This document shows positions 41,657-52,003 of a stretch of DNA of 64,000 nucleotides, piece after piece. Source of the DNA: an uncultured Bacilli bacterium (GTDB taxonomy: Bacteria; Bacillota_I; Bacilli_A; RF39; UBA660); assembly GCA_944373145.1 (NCBI GenBank), contig CALWAL010000001.1:64105-128104 (forward strand). Reading direction: 5' to 3'. The notes beneath the pieces were generated by a model. The model made no database searches, had not been told where the DNA came from, and saw only the letters and a program-made list of their open reading frames with translations. Positions within the stretch are counted from its first letter, which is position 1. Every line of letters begins with the position of its first letter. The position numbers and the translations under genes were made by a program.

Positions 41657-42028
41657 TTAATCCTCCTTTTTGTTTAAACATACATCACAAGTTCCTACGA
41701 ACTTAACATCATAATCATTAATTTTTCCAGGAACTTTAATTTTATCAACATTAATCAGTTCATCAAAAATATCATAAATGTGATGACATTTAACACAGTA
41801 AAAATGACTATGTTGACGTTTCATTGAATCAAAGCAATCATATGACTCAAACTTTAAACGTTTTATCATTTGACGTTCTGACAATTGATTCAAGATTCTA
41901 TAAACAGTACCTAAACTAATATTAGGAAGTTTTTTTCGACACTCATAGTATATATCTTCTGCATTTAGATGATCATGACTATTGTTTATAATTTCTAACA
42001 CTAATTTTCTTTGTTTAGTCGTTCTCAT
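41657..42028 (-). CDS. perR: Fur-family regulator (PerR-like).
   Basis: 123 aa. HTH ([11 protein letters not shown]). HHxH...CxxC metal sites ([11 protein letters not shown]...CDVC). Operonic with rbr. Confidence 0.75.
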   Translation of the reverse strand: MRTTKQRKLVLEIINNSHDHLNAEDIYYECRKKLPNISLGTVYRILNQLSERQMIKRLKFESYDCFDSMKRQHSHFYCVKCHHIYDIFDELINVDKIKVPGKINDYDVKFVGTCDVCLNKKED

Positions 42029-42040
42029 TTTAGCTCCTTA

Positions 42041-42057
42041 TTAGTAATGATTACTAA
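42041..42057. promoter_or_regulatory. PerR/Fur-box-like inverted repeat upstream of perR.
   Basis: TTAGTAAT-g-ATTACTAA, a perfect 8-1-8 palindrome. Compare the B. subtilis PerR box TTATAATnATTATAA. Confidence 0.55.
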
Positions 42058-42114
42058 ATATAGTATAACATATCTATGTTTTTTTTCAAGTAATTTTTAA
42101 TAAAAAAAGAAGAA

Positions 42115-43842
42115 TTATTCATCATCTTCTTCCTTTTTCTCTAAAACTTTATATGCTACTTTTCCAACCGCTGTTACAGGCATACTTTTACGATATTCAT
42201 ATTCTGTTGGTACTGCATATTTTGCAATATTAGCACTACAATATTTGCGAATTTTCATTCTAACGATTGGCGTATCTTCAACGCCATCTTTTAAAACAAT
42301 TACAGCTTTTGGTGTTTGACTTTTAATCTTATGTGGTACCCCAACAACTGTACATGAAGCTACATATTCACATTTTGAAATAATATCCTCTAACTCAATC
42401 GGATAAACGTTGTAACCATTAGTTATTATCATTCTTTTTAACCGTGAAGTGTAATGGAAAACACCTTTTTTATCCTGATACCCTAAATCCCCAGTATGTA
42501 ACCAAATTTTACCGTCATGATGCTGAACCAAAGTTTTTTTAGTTTCTTCATCTTCATTAATATACCCCATCATAACTGTTGGTCCACTAATACATAATTC
42601 ACCTACTTCACCAACTGTTTTTTCAATATCACTATTCGGCTCAAAGACCTTAATTAAAATATCTGGATTAGGTACTCCCAAAGAGTCTAATTCTTCATCT
42701 AGAAAAGCCGTACTACTAGCAAAACCAGTAGCTTCAGATAATCCATAACCAATCTTAATATCGGCATCACTACCATGATCTCTTAGATGATTAAGCATCT
42801 CTTGACGAACATTTGGTGGCAAGTAATCGCCTCCTACTACAACTAATTTAATATCTTTGAAAGCTTTTCGCCCTGGATCTTTATCATTAATGGCTAATTT
42901 AAGTAAAGATGGAACAGCTGGGAAGACATTCGGTTTATATTTTTTTAATTCGCGATTGATATTTTTGGTATCAATTTTAGGAACAATTATCAGTGTCATT
43001 CCTGCCATTAGACAAGAATGAACACAAACCGAAAGACCAAACACATGAAAAATTGGTAAAGCGGCTAAAACAGAGTTCCCCGGACGTATATATTTACAAA
43101 CAGCGACAACTTGCCCTGCCATAGCATTAAAATTTAAATTAGAAATAATAATTCCTTTAGGTTTACCTGTTGTTCCCCCACTGTAGATAATGGCAGCAGG
43201 ATCTTCACTACTACGTTTACAATAAGGATCTTCATCAGCAGTATAATTTAAAAATTTTTCCCACGATAACATATCTTTTTCTAAGCGCATATTAACAGCG
43301 TTTTTTATATTATAGGCTAACTTTAAAAAGCCACTTAAACTATTACTTGTTGGTATCATTACAAAATGTTCTACTTTAATATCGCGAGCTTTAGGCATAG
43401 AAACATCAGCACAAAACAGAATAGAACTATTTGTTTCATTTAAAGCTCTTTCAATTTCCTGTGTTGTTGATAACGGATGAACGATATTAGCAATAGCGCC
43501 AATTTTATTAATAGCATATATTAAAGCAAATGACTCTGGTGAATTTGGAAGACATATTGTTACACATTCATTTTCTACAACATCAAACTGTTTTAAAGCT
43601 GAAGCAATCTTATCAACAGAACGTAAAAACTTTTTATAAGTCATTTCTCGGCCATAAAAACGACAAGCAATTCGATTTTCATTTTTAGAAACCGTATCTT
43701 TTAGATGATCATATAAACTTCCCTTAAAATAATTTAGGTTTTCTGGAATATCATTATAATATTTTAACCAAGGCTTTTCTTTATCTTCAAATGGTTTAAT
43801 TTTTTTTAAAATTTTCTTTATATAAGTATTTACAATTCCCAT
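42115..43842 (-). CDS. AMP-dependent synthetase/ligase (acyl-CoA synthetase, FadD-like).
   Basis: AMP-binding motif IYSGGTTGKPKG. GYGLSE. 575 aa. Confidence 0.85.
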   Translation of the reverse strand: MGIVNTYIKKILKKIKPFEDKEKPWLKYYNDIPENLNYFKGSLYDHLKDTVSKNENRIACRFYGREMTYKKFLRSVDKIASALKQFDVVENECVTICLPNSPESFALIYAINKIGAIANIVHPLSTTQEIERALNETNSSILFCADVSMPKARDIKVEHFVMIPTSNSLSGFLKLAYNIKNAVNMRLEKDMLSWEKFLNYTADEDPYCKRSSEDPAAIIYSGGTTGKPKGIIISNLNFNAMAGQVVAVCKYIRPGNSVLAALPIFHVFGLSVCVHSCLMAGMTLIIVPKIDTKNINRELKKYKPNVFPAVPSLLKLAINDKDPGRKAFKDIKLVVVGGDYLPPNVRQEMLNHLRDHGSDADIKIGYGLSEATGFASSTAFLDEELDSLGVPNPDILIKVFEPNSDIEKTVGEVGELCISGPTVMMGYINEDEETKKTLVQHHDGKIWLHTGDLGYQDKKGVFHYTSRLKRMIITNGYNVYPIELEDIISKCEYVASCTVVGVPHKIKSQTPKAVIVLKDGVEDTPIVRMKIRKYCSANIAKYAVPTEYEYRKSMPVTAVGKVAYKVLEKKEEDDE

Positions 43843-43865
43843 AAAATTTTCCTTTCTATGTACTT

Positions 43866-43885
43866 TATGTTACAATTGTAACATA
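43866..43885. promoter_or_regulatory. 20-bp perfect palindrome; candidate TetR operator in the divergent promoter region.
   Basis: TATGTTACAATTGTAACATA lies between the divergently transcribed ligase and tetR genes. Confidence 0.55.
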
Positions 43886-43941
43886 AAATGAAAACTTTAT
43901 ATAGTTATATACTAAAAGTGTGACAAATGAGGTGATTTTGT

Positions 43942-44472
43942 TTGAAAAAAAATAATATTTTTATTAAAGAATGTATTCTTAAAGCTTTGTTACAACTTAT
44001 GGAAGAAAAAGACTTCAAAGATATTAGTATCACGGAAATTACAAAAAAAGCAGGCGTTTCTAGAATGGCTTATTATCGTAATTATTATTATAAAGAAGAT
44101 ATTCTCAACAACTATATGACCGAATTACTTCAAAAATATCAATGTATTCGCGATGAAATTGTTAAAAAATATCCTAATGATAAATATCAAACAATGTTAC
44201 AAGTATTTGAATTTTTTAAAGCTAACGAGCAATTTGTTTTAGGATTAGAAAAATCTAATCTATCTAATATCATTCAAAATAGAATTAATGAATATATTCA
44301 TCAAATTTATCAGACTAATGATGTCGTTTCTAAATATGATGCAATTATTTTTGGTGGAGCTTTATACAATACTGGCAAATACTGGCTAATGAATGGTAAA
44401 AAAGAAAATATTGTTGAAATTACTAAGATATTTGTAGCAAGAATGTTTCCAGAAAGCATAAAAAAAGATTAG
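43942..44472 (+). CDS. TetR/AcrR family transcriptional regulator.
   Basis: N-terminal HTH (ISITEITKKAGVSRMAYYRNY). TTG start with GAGGTG RBS. Confidence 0.8.
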   Translation: MKKNNIFIKECILKALLQLMEEKDFKDISITEITKKAGVSRMAYYRNYYYKEDILNNYMTELLQKYQCIRDEIVKKYPNDKYQTMLQVFEFFKANEQFVLGLEKSNLSNIIQNRINEYIHQIYQTNDVVSKYDAIIFGGALYNTGKYWLMNGKKENIVEITKIFVARMFPESIKKD

Positions 44473-44476
44473 TTAC

Positions 44477-45070
44477 CTAATCTTCAAATATTAAATCTTT
44501 GTTCATTTGATAGTATTGGAAGCAAGAAATCAAAGACATAATTGCCGCAATAAACAATAAGAAACTATCTACTTGAATATTCCATAATTCAAATGGCAAA
44601 TTATTAAATAAAGTTAAAGAAATTCCTGTCATTAAACAAGCTGTTTTAATCTTACCAGATTTAATAGCAGCTACTACTTTACCTTTACTAGCAGCAATCA
44701 TCTTAATTGAATTAACAACACTATCACGTAAAACAATAATAACTGGAATAATTGGATGAATAAATCCTTGAGCCGCTAAAATTATTAAAACGGAATTAAC
44801 TAACATCTTATCAGCAATCGCATCCATCATTTTACCAAAATCAGTTACCAAATTGCGACTACGTGCAATATAACCATCTAAATAGTCTGTAAGCGAAGCT
44901 ATTACAAATAACACACCTACAACTAAATATTTAACATCAACAACTAGTTGTTCATTTATATATAATTGAGGAATCTCAATTCCTAGCATATTAAATGGTA
45001 ATACTAAAATAATTACTATCAATAATGATAATACAATACGAGTTATTGTTATTTTATTTGGTAAATTCAT
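44477..45070 (-). CDS. pgsA: CDP-diacylglycerol--glycerol-3-phosphate 3-phosphatidyltransferase.
   Basis: CDP-alcohol phosphatidyltransferase motif DYLDGYIARSRNLVTDFGKMMDAIADK. Start at MNLPNKITITRI. Confidence 0.85.
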   Translation of the reverse strand: MNLPNKITITRIVLSLLIVIILVLPFNMLGIEIPQLYINEQLVVDVKYLVVGVLFVIASLTDYLDGYIARSRNLVTDFGKMMDAIADKMLVNSVLIILAAQGFIHPIIPVIIVLRDSVVNSIKMIAASKGKVVAAIKSGKIKTACLMTGISLTLFNNLPFELWNIQVDSFLLFIAAIMSLISCFQYYQMNKDLIFED

Positions 45071-45080
45071 TATTCCTTTT

Positions 45081-45593
45081 TTAGTTTTCTTTGTCATAAA
45101 TCACCTTTACATCATATTTTCTTTTTTCATTTATATCATTATTCCTTGTTTGCGGTTCTTCCTTATCCTTTAAATAATTTATCGTTAAAAAAGCGCCAAC
45201 ACATATCACAACTACAATTAGACCAATAACAATTGTTTTTGTTAAACTATTATTATTTTTATTATCTAATGTATATGGTGATATTACCTTATTCTTATCT
45301 TTTTTTTCATGCTTTTTATTAGCTTTCTTGATATCTTCTAACGATATTTTTGAAGTATAATCAAAAACATACTCGTTAAAATCTTCTACCATTTGTTCAT
45401 AATCAAGGCCTAAATATTTAGCATAATCACGAATAAAGTATTTCAAATAAAAAATATCTTTAAAAGCTTCACGATTGCCTTCCTCGATATCTTCTAACTG
45501 TGAAGGCCGTAGTTTCAAATCTTCTGCTGCTTCCTCAATTGAAATACCCATACTTTCGCGTGTTTCTCTTAACTTCTCTCCTATTTCTTTCAT
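45081..45593 (-). CDS. RodZ-like HTH (XRE-type) membrane protein.
   Basis: N-terminal HTH (IGEKLRETRESMGISIEEAAEDL). Single TM (IVIGLIVVVICVGAFL). The neighbourhood pgsA-rodZ matches Bacilli. Confidence 0.6.
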   Translation of the reverse strand: MKEIGEKLRETRESMGISIEEAAEDLKLRPSQLEDIEEGNREAFKDIFYLKYFIRDYAKYLGLDYEQMVEDFNEYVFDYTSKISLEDIKKANKKHEKKDKNKVISPYTLDNKNNNSLTKTIVIGLIVVVICVGAFLTINYLKDKEEPQTRNNDINEKRKYDVKVIYDKEN

Positions 45594-45611
45594 GCGAAAC
45601 CTCAATTCTAA

Positions 45612-45978
45612 AACAATAACATTTCATAAGCCATGTTCTGTACCTATAAGGTGGCAAACATTTATCTACCAATTGCTTGGTCCCTAACTTAGTTCAATTT
45701 CCTTGTTAAAGCTCCCCTACCAAAATTTGGGTTTCTCGCTCGTGGGGTTTACCGCGTTCCACTTATTCTATTTCTAAAATATATCGTCACTATGGCACTT
45801 TTATACCTAATATAACCATATCATAAAGACTTAGGTTACCTCGGAGCCGTTAGCAAATGCTACTAAAGGTTATTTTTTCCCTTTACACGAACACTACAAA
45901 CATCGCAGTTTGTGCGAGCATGGACTTTCCTCTATATATCTATATGTAAATATACAGCGTTTGCCGAAATATTATTCT
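45612..45978 (-). ncRNA. rnpB: RNase P RNA, type B.
   Basis: The reverse complement contains AGAGGAAAGTCCATGCTCGCAC and GTGGAACGCGGTAAACCCCACGAGCGAGAAACCCAAATTTTGGTAGGGGA. Both are near-identical to B. subtilis rnpB. A P1 pairing between AAUAUUUCG (5') and UGAAAUGUU (3') defines the ends. Confidence 0.9.
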
Positions 45979-46355
45979 TTACCATAAATTACTTTTTCTA
46001 AGTTTGACAATCTTCTAAGTAAATCAGCGTTAGCACCACTAACTCCCGAATCATTTTCTTCAATAACATCTAATTTAGTTTTTAAATTACGAACTTCTTT
46101 TTTTAAATGCATATTTTCTTCTAACAATTCTTTCTTATCAGATTCTAACTCTCGAATAATAGATGTCATCTCATCGTAATCTTTAATAATCAAATCTAAG
46201 TAACGATCAACTTCTTGTGGTCGATAACCTCTTGTATCAATTTTAAAATCTTTCTCTAAGATATCTTGACTAGTTAATTCAATACGATCTTTGTACATCT
46301 TTTCCACCTCTTCTTTATTCAATGCTATTATCTCAAAAAAAAGGTTGTTTGTCAA
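45972..46355 (-). CDS. gpsB: Cell-cycle protein GpsB (DivIVA-domain).
   Basis: 127 aa. DivIVA N-domain (FKIDTRGYRPQEVDRYLDLIIKDYDEM). Coiled coil. Adjacent to recU-ponA, as in Bacilli. Confidence 0.8.
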   Translation of the reverse strand: MTNNLFFEIIALNKEEVEKMYKDRIELTSQDILEKDFKIDTRGYRPQEVDRYLDLIIKDYDEMTSIIRELESDKKELLEENMHLKKEVRNLKTKLDVIEENDSGVSGANADLLRRLSNLEKVIYGKE

Positions 46356-46571
46356 ACATACCTTTTACTTTGATGGTAATTTATAAGTATTTAATTTAAT
46401 ATAATTAATATCATTTATCATAGTATCAAACATCTTCATAACATGTTTTTTATTTTTCATTTTATCACCCACATTTAATCTATCATCAGTGCATGTTAAT
46501 AATTGTCGAATTACATACATGAGGTAGCAATTAATTCTATTTTATAGTATAATACTTGATAGGTGAGTGGG

Positions 46572-47159
46572 ATGAACTATCCAAACGGAATTCAAAAAAA
46601 CAGTACAAACAACATTATAAATTATGGAAATCGTGGGATGGTTCTAGAAGATGATTTAAATATTACTAATGAATATTACCGCGAATGTGATATTGCCATT
46701 ATTTATAAAAAACCAACACCAATTACCATTCATAAAGTAAATTATAAATCGCGTGATAATGCTTTTATTGAAAAAGCTAGTTTCAAGATTCCTTCAACAA
46801 CAGACTATAATGGTATATATAAAGGAAAGTATATTGATTTTGAAGCTAAAGAAACAAGAAGCAAAACTAGTTTCCCTTTAGTTAATATTCATGAACATCA
46901 ATTAAAGCATTTAGATAGCATTGTTAGACATGGTGGAATTGGATTTATAATTGTTCGTTTTGTAACTCTTAATAAAACATTCTTATTAATGTGGCAAGAT
47001 ATTAAGGATTTTATTGAAGGTGATACAAGAAAATCAATACCCCTTTCCTACTTTGAAAAAAAAGGAAAATTAATTGAAATTGGGCTTAGACCTAGATTAG
47101 ATTATTTAAAATATATTGAGGTGATGTATGAAAAAGATGAAAAAAGGGATTTTAAATAA
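46572..47159 (+). CDS. recU: Holliday junction resolvase RecU.
   Basis: NYGNRGM...DFEAKET... matches the RecU catalytic core. Upstream of the PBP1A gene. Confidence 0.85.
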   Translation: MNYPNGIQKNSTNNIINYGNRGMVLEDDLNITNEYYRECDIAIIYKKPTPITIHKVNYKSRDNAFIEKASFKIPSTTDYNGIYKGKYIDFEAKETRSKTSFPLVNIHEHQLKHLDSIVRHGGIGFIIVRFVTLNKTFLLMWQDIKDFIEGDTRKSIPLSYFEKKGKLIEIGLRPRLDYLKYIEVMYEKDEKRDFK

Positions 47160-49962
47160 TCCAACCAATGTAGCAATTCTTATTATTAGTGCAATTGCCT
47201 TTATTGTTGGTATATTTGCAATTGGCTTTCTTTGGAGTTTCCTTTTAGTAGGAACCATTGATGTCATATGTTTCTTTCCTGCCATTAAAAGATTTATTAA
47301 AAGACTAATAAAAGAAATAAAAAAGAAAGAAACAAAAGAAAAATCAAAACCACAAAAAATAAAGAAAAGAAAAGAAGAAAAAGTTATTTACGAATATAAA
47401 GTTGATGATGAAATCGTAAGTAGCGAAGAGGTTGATGAAATGAAGAAAGGTTCAAAAAAAGAAAAAAAGAAAAGCAATAAAAAAGCTATTTTAGTTAGAA
47501 TATTCCAATATTTTCTATTATTCTGCTGTGTATGTTTTATCTTTGGATGTATTGCTCTGGGTGCTTTTGCCAAATATATAGTTGATAATGCACCAGAATT
47601 TAATCCAGAAAATTTATATTCTAAAGAACCAACAACTATCCTTTATAGTGACGGTTCAGTAATGGCTACTATTGGATTAGAAAATCGCTCTATTCTAACT
47701 TATGATGAGTTACCAGAAGTATTAATTAACGCTTTAATTGCAACTGAAGATGCCAATTTCTTTCAACATAATGGAGTTGACATTAAACGTTTTATGGTCG
47801 CAGCTTTTAAACAATTACTTGGTCAAAGTGATGCCGGTGGTGCTTCTACTTTAACAATGCAATTATCAAAAAACTATATTGTACAAGACTTAACGGCCAC
47901 AGGATGGCAAGGTATTGTTCGTAAATTTACTGATATTTATATGTCTGTTTTCAAAATTGAAACAACTTATACCAAAGAAGAGATATTAGAGTTCTATATT
48001 AATGCTGGCCAAATTGGTAGTGCTTACGGAGTTGAAGCAGCAGCACAAATGTACTTCAATAAAGGTGCTAAAGATCTTAATGTATCTGAAGCAGCTATTC
48101 TAGTTGGAATGTTCCAAGCGCCAACACGATTAAATCCATTCTACTATCCAGAAAATGCTGAAGAAAGAAGAAAAATGGTTTTATACTACATGCGTCGACA
48201 TGGTTACATAAGTGAAGAAGAATATAATATAGCTCTTAAAATGACCGTTGAAAAAATGGTTGTCGGATCACCAAATTCATCTAATACTAATGATGATATT
48301 GAACCAGAAGCAATGTCAGCTGTTGATACTGTTGTTGCTGAAGTTCAAGAAAAAACCGGTATAAACCCACGTACAACCTCAATGACTATCTATACAACAA
48401 TTGATAAAAAAATGCAAAACCATGTTGGAAATATTATGGTTGGTGATACTTATAAATGGGAAAATAGCAAAGTTCAAGCTGGAGTTGCGGTTGTTGATGT
48501 TGAATCAGGTGCTTTAGTTGCTGTTGGTGGTAACCGTGATACAAGTGGAGCTGCTAACATGAACCATGCTACTGATATTAACTATCAAATTGGTTCAACC
48601 GCTAAACCACTTTACGATTATGGTCCAGCAATCGAATACTTAAATTGGAGCACTGGTACTGTTATCGCTGATGAAAAAGATGTAACATATAGTGATGGTA
48701 CAGAAGTTAATAACTGGGATGGAAAATATAAAAACTTTATTAATATTGCGGAAAGTTTAAAATTATCACGTAATATCCCAGCTTTAAAAACATTCAAAAA
48801 TGTAGATAAAGCCAATATTCAAAAATTTGTTACAAGTTTAGGCCTTAGTCCAGAATCATATCTTCATGAAGCTCATGCTATTGGTGGTTATAATGGTGAG
48901 TCTCCACTATCAATGGCTGCGGCTTATGCTGCTTTTGCTAACGGAGGATATTATACTGAACCATATTCATTTACAAAATTAGTTTACTCTGATACTGGTG
49001 AAACTTATGTTAACAATTCTAAAACTAATCAAGTTATGCATGATTATACCGCTTATATGATTTCTAAAATGCTTCAAGAGGCCGCTTCTTATGGTCTTGA
49101 TACCGGTAAATATTATAATGTTAACCGTGTTAAATACGCTGCTAAAACCGGTACAACTAACTATGATGAAAAAGATTTTGAAAGATTTGATTTACCATCA
49201 AGAGCGGTTAAAGACTACTGGGTAGTTGGATATAATACTGAATATTCAATTGGCATTTGGTATGGATATGATAGTATTCGTGAAGGACATAACATGTTGA
49301 GTAGTTTACAACATGCAAGAATCTTCCAAGCTGTAGCTAAAGGTATTTTCAAAAATAAAGATGATTTTGAAAAACCTGATAGTGTTATTGAAGTAGAAAT
49401 TGAGACTGGTAATGCAACACTAATGTTGCCAAGTAAAAATACACCAAGTAAATATCGTGAAAAAGTATTGTTTGTAAAAGGTACGGAACCTAAAGTTGTA
49501 TCTCCTCGTTTTGATACTCTAGATGCTGTTACTAATTTACAAGGATACGCTGAAAACGGTACAGTTCATCTTTCTTGGACTGGAATTGCACAACCAGATG
49601 CTTTCAATACTACAGTTTTAACAGAACAAAATAAATCAGCTTATGAAACAACAAAAGAATTAAATGCTTATGTTAAAAGTTTAATAAATACTAATAAAAA
49701 AGTGTTGGGAACCCTTGGATATAATATATATGTTCAAAATGCTGACGGTACAGAAACATTAGTTGGTTGGACCGATCAAACTTCTTATGATTTAACTGGA
49801 TATTACGGTGATGTTACGGTTGTTGTTAAATCTTGTTATTCCGTATTTACAAAAAGTGCTTCTAGTGGTGTTTCTGTTACAATTAGTACAGGAACGGTAG
49901 CACCACCAACACCAGATCCTGACCCAACCGATCCTACCGAACCAGTGGAACCAGAAATATAA
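47128..49962 (+). CDS. ponA: Class A penicillin-binding protein 1A (glycosyltransferase plus transpeptidase).
   Basis: N-terminal TM. GT51 motifs (EDANFFQHNGVD; RKFTDIYM). Transpeptidase SxxK (GSTAKP) and KTGT. Confidence 0.9.
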   Translation: MKKMKKGILNNPTNVAILIISAIAFIVGIFAIGFLWSFLLVGTIDVICFFPAIKRFIKRLIKEIKKKETKEKSKPQKIKKRKEEKVIYEYKVDDEIVSSEEVDEMKKGSKKEKKKSNKKAILVRIFQYFLLFCCVCFIFGCIALGAFAKYIVDNAPEFNPENLYSKEPTTILYSDGSVMATIGLENRSILTYDELPEVLINALIATEDANFFQHNGVDIKRFMVAAFKQLLGQSDAGGASTLTMQLSKNYIVQDLTATGWQGIVRKFTDIYMSVFKIETTYTKEEILEFYINAGQIGSAYGVEAAAQMYFNKGAKDLNVSEAAILVGMFQAPTRLNPFYYPENAEERRKMVLYYMRRHGYISEEEYNIALKMTVEKMVVGSPNSSNTNDDIEPEAMSAVDTVVAEVQEKTGINPRTTSMTIYTTIDKKMQNHVGNIMVGDTYKWENSKVQAGVAVVDVESGALVAVGGNRDTSGAANMNHATDINYQIGSTAKPLYDYGPAIEYLNWSTGTVIADEKDVTYSDGTEVNNWDGKYKNFINIAESLKLSRNIPALKTFKNVDKANIQKFVTSLGLSPESYLHEAHAIGGYNGESPLSMAAAYAAFANGGYYTEPYSFTKLVYSDTGETYVNNSKTNQVMHDYTAYMISKMLQEAASYGLDTGKYYNVNRVKYAAKTGTTNYDEKDFERFDLPSRAVKDYWVVGYNTEYSIGIWYGYDSIREGHNMLSSLQHARIFQAVAKGIFKNKDDFEKPDSVIEVEIETGNATLMLPSKNTPSKYREKVLFVKGTEPKVVSPRFDTLDAVTNLQGYAENGTVHLSWTGIAQPDAFNTTVLTEQNKSAYETTKELNAYVKSLINTNKKVLGTLGYNIYVQNADGTETLVGWTDQTSYDLTGYYGDVTVVVKSCYSVFTKSASSGVSVTISTGTVAPPTPDPDPTDPTEPVEPEI

Positions 49963-49991
49963 AAAAACGTTCAATCTTGAACGTTTTTTCT
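49961..49991 (+). terminator. Terminator after ponA; appears bidirectional.
   Basis: AACGTTCAA-TC-TTGAACGTT hairpin followed by TTTTTTCTT. Confidence 0.65.
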
Positions 49992-50179
49992 TATTCTTGA
50001 ATATCTTTTTTTATCTTAAAGCCAATAAATAATATAATTAATAAAACGACTAAGATAACAACAATCACCTTATCGTATATTGATAAATCCAAAGAGGGTG
50101 TTTCACTAAATACAAAAAGATGATAACAATACACTAAAGCAAAACCATATAAAATAAAAAACATTCTTTTTAATTTCAT
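49991..50179 (-). CDS. Possible small membrane protein (62 aa).
   Basis: Two hydrophobic segments. No homology evidence. Confidence 0.25.
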   Translation of the reverse strand: MKLKRMFFILYGFALVYCYHLFVFSETPSLDLSIYDKVIVVILVVLLIILFIGFKIKKDIQE

Positions 50180-50453
50180 ATTCCCTCCGTGTCAGTCGAG
50201 CCTAAAATGTAAGAGCACAACCAAAACTAAAACAATAACTCGCTTTGACGATTTAATATAATAACACATTTTTTTAAAAATGCAAATTCACTATATTATA
50301 TTTTAATAAAATTTCTTTATACCCTTTTTCTGCATTAAATAATGTATAATCAATAATAATGTCATCGTATCACACTCCAAATGCAATAGGTGTTATTATA
50401 CACAAAATATTACATTTGTCAAATTAAAAAAGTTAAACTTAATATTTAACTTT

Positions 50454-51917
50454 TTATATAACAATTGTAAATAAATTTCCAGAACCTTTATTAACTAATT
50501 TACCTAAAGTTTGTTGTAACTTAAATCGAACTCCTTCTGGTAATAGTGATAACTTAGCCTGAATTCCTTCTTTAACCATTTCATCTAAACCACGGCCAAA
50601 TATTTCACTTTTCCAAATATTTTCTTTATCTTTCATTAAATAATCAATTAATTCTTTACTTTGAACTTCAGAACCAATAATTGGTTCAAAAGTCGATTCT
50701 ACATCAACACGAATCATATGAATAGAAGGTGCTACCGCCTTTAGGCGAATACCATAGCGACTACCCTGTTTAATAACCTCGGGTGTTTCTAATTTCATAT
50801 CAGCTAGAGTTGGACTAGCAACTCCATATCCTGTTGTTTTAACCATACTTAAAGCACTTTTAATCTGATCATATTCTACTTTCGCTTCATTATATTCTTG
50901 AAATAAAGCAATAATATCAGCCCTACTATTTACATCAACACCAACAATTTCTTTTAAAATTTGATTATATAACTCATCAGGAGCATGAAGATTAATTGTT
51001 ACAACTCCCGTTGAAGTATTTACCTCAGAAATATATGAACGATTTATATATTCACATGCTTCAAAATGTTTAGTAATTGTATCAATATCTCTTAATTTAT
51101 CAACTTCAACAACACTTTCTTTAATTTTATCAATATATATTTTCTTTAACCAATTATCAGGTTTTAGAGAAGCAATCCAATCAGGCATATTAACCTCTAC
51201 TTCTAAAACTGGGAATTCATATAAAGCTTCTCTTAAAATATTATAAACATCTTTTTCATTTAAATTTTCTACGCTAACTGGCATAACTGGCACATTATAA
51301 CTCTCACGCATCTTATCAGCTAGATTAATCGTATCTGGTAGCATTGGATGAGCTGAATTTAATAATACAATAAATGGCTTACCAATACTTTTTAATTCAC
51401 TAATAACTCTTTCTTCTGCTTCAATATAACTACTACGACTAATTTCTCCAAAAGAAGCATCAGTAGTTACAACAATACCAATACTAGAATGATCTTTAAT
51501 AACCTTCTCTGTTCCAATCTCAGCTGCTTCAACAAACGGTATTTCATCATCATACCAAGGTGTTCTAACCATTCTTGGACCATTTTCATCTTCATAGCCT
51601 TTTGCTCCCTCAACTACATACCCAACACAATCAACTAATCTAACACTAGCACTAAAATCATCAATCTTAATACTAGCTGCATTACTAGGAACAAATTTAG
51701 GCTCAGTTGTCATAATTGTTTTACCTTGAGCTGATTGTGGTATCTCATCTAAACATCTTTTTCTTTCATACTCATCTTCAATATTAGGCACCACTAAATT
51801 TTCAATAAACTTTTTAATAAAAGTACTCTTACCAGTTCTAACGGCTCCTACTACTCCAAGATATAAATCTCCACCGGTTCTTTCCGTAATACTTTTAATA
51901 ATATCTACTTTTTCCAT
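50454..51917 (-). CDS. spoIVA: Stage IV sporulation protein A (spore coat morphogenetic ATPase).
   Basis: MEKVDIIKSITERTGGDLYLGVVGAVRTGKSTFIKKF is near-identical to the B. subtilis SpoIVA N-terminus. About 487 aa. A CATATAT sigma-E-like -10 lies about 30 nt upstream. Confidence 0.9.
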   Translation of the reverse strand: MEKVDIIKSITERTGGDLYLGVVGAVRTGKSTFIKKFIENLVVPNIEDEYERKRCLDEIPQSAQGKTIMTTEPKFVPSNAASIKIDDFSASVRLVDCVGYVVEGAKGYEDENGPRMVRTPWYDDEIPFVEAAEIGTEKVIKDHSSIGIVVTTDASFGEISRSSYIEAEERVISELKSIGKPFIVLLNSAHPMLPDTINLADKMRESYNVPVMPVSVENLNEKDVYNILREALYEFPVLEVEVNMPDWIASLKPDNWLKKIYIDKIKESVVEVDKLRDIDTITKHFEACEYINRSYISEVNTSTGVVTINLHAPDELYNQILKEIVGVDVNSRADIIALFQEYNEAKVEYDQIKSALSMVKTTGYGVASPTLADMKLETPEVIKQGSRYGIRLKAVAPSIHMIRVDVESTFEPIIGSEVQSKELIDYLMKDKENIWKSEIFGRGLDEMVKEGIQAKLSLLPEGVRFKLQQTLGKLVNKGSGNLFTIVI

Positions 51918-52003
51918 ATATGACCTACTTTCTTTCATTAAAATATATGTTTACAATAAAAAGATAGAACAAAAAAAGAAGTACAATCATTAAAGATTGC
52001 CTT

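Noticed and set aside
45475-45687. 70-aa + strand ORF, and my first thought of tmRNA for the ~45.6-46.0 kb non-coding gap.
   Set aside because: The region is RNase P RNA on the minus strand. GAGGAAAGTCC and the ACGCGGTAAACCCC...GAGAAACCCAAATTTTGGTAGGGGA blocks are diagnostic. There is no tmRNA tag-reading frame or tRNA-like 3' end.
51918-51938. Upstream extension of spoIVA (MKESRSY-).
   Set aside because: B. subtilis SpoIVA begins MEKVDIF.... The downstream ATG aligns with it and leaves room for a CATATAT sigma-E-like -10.
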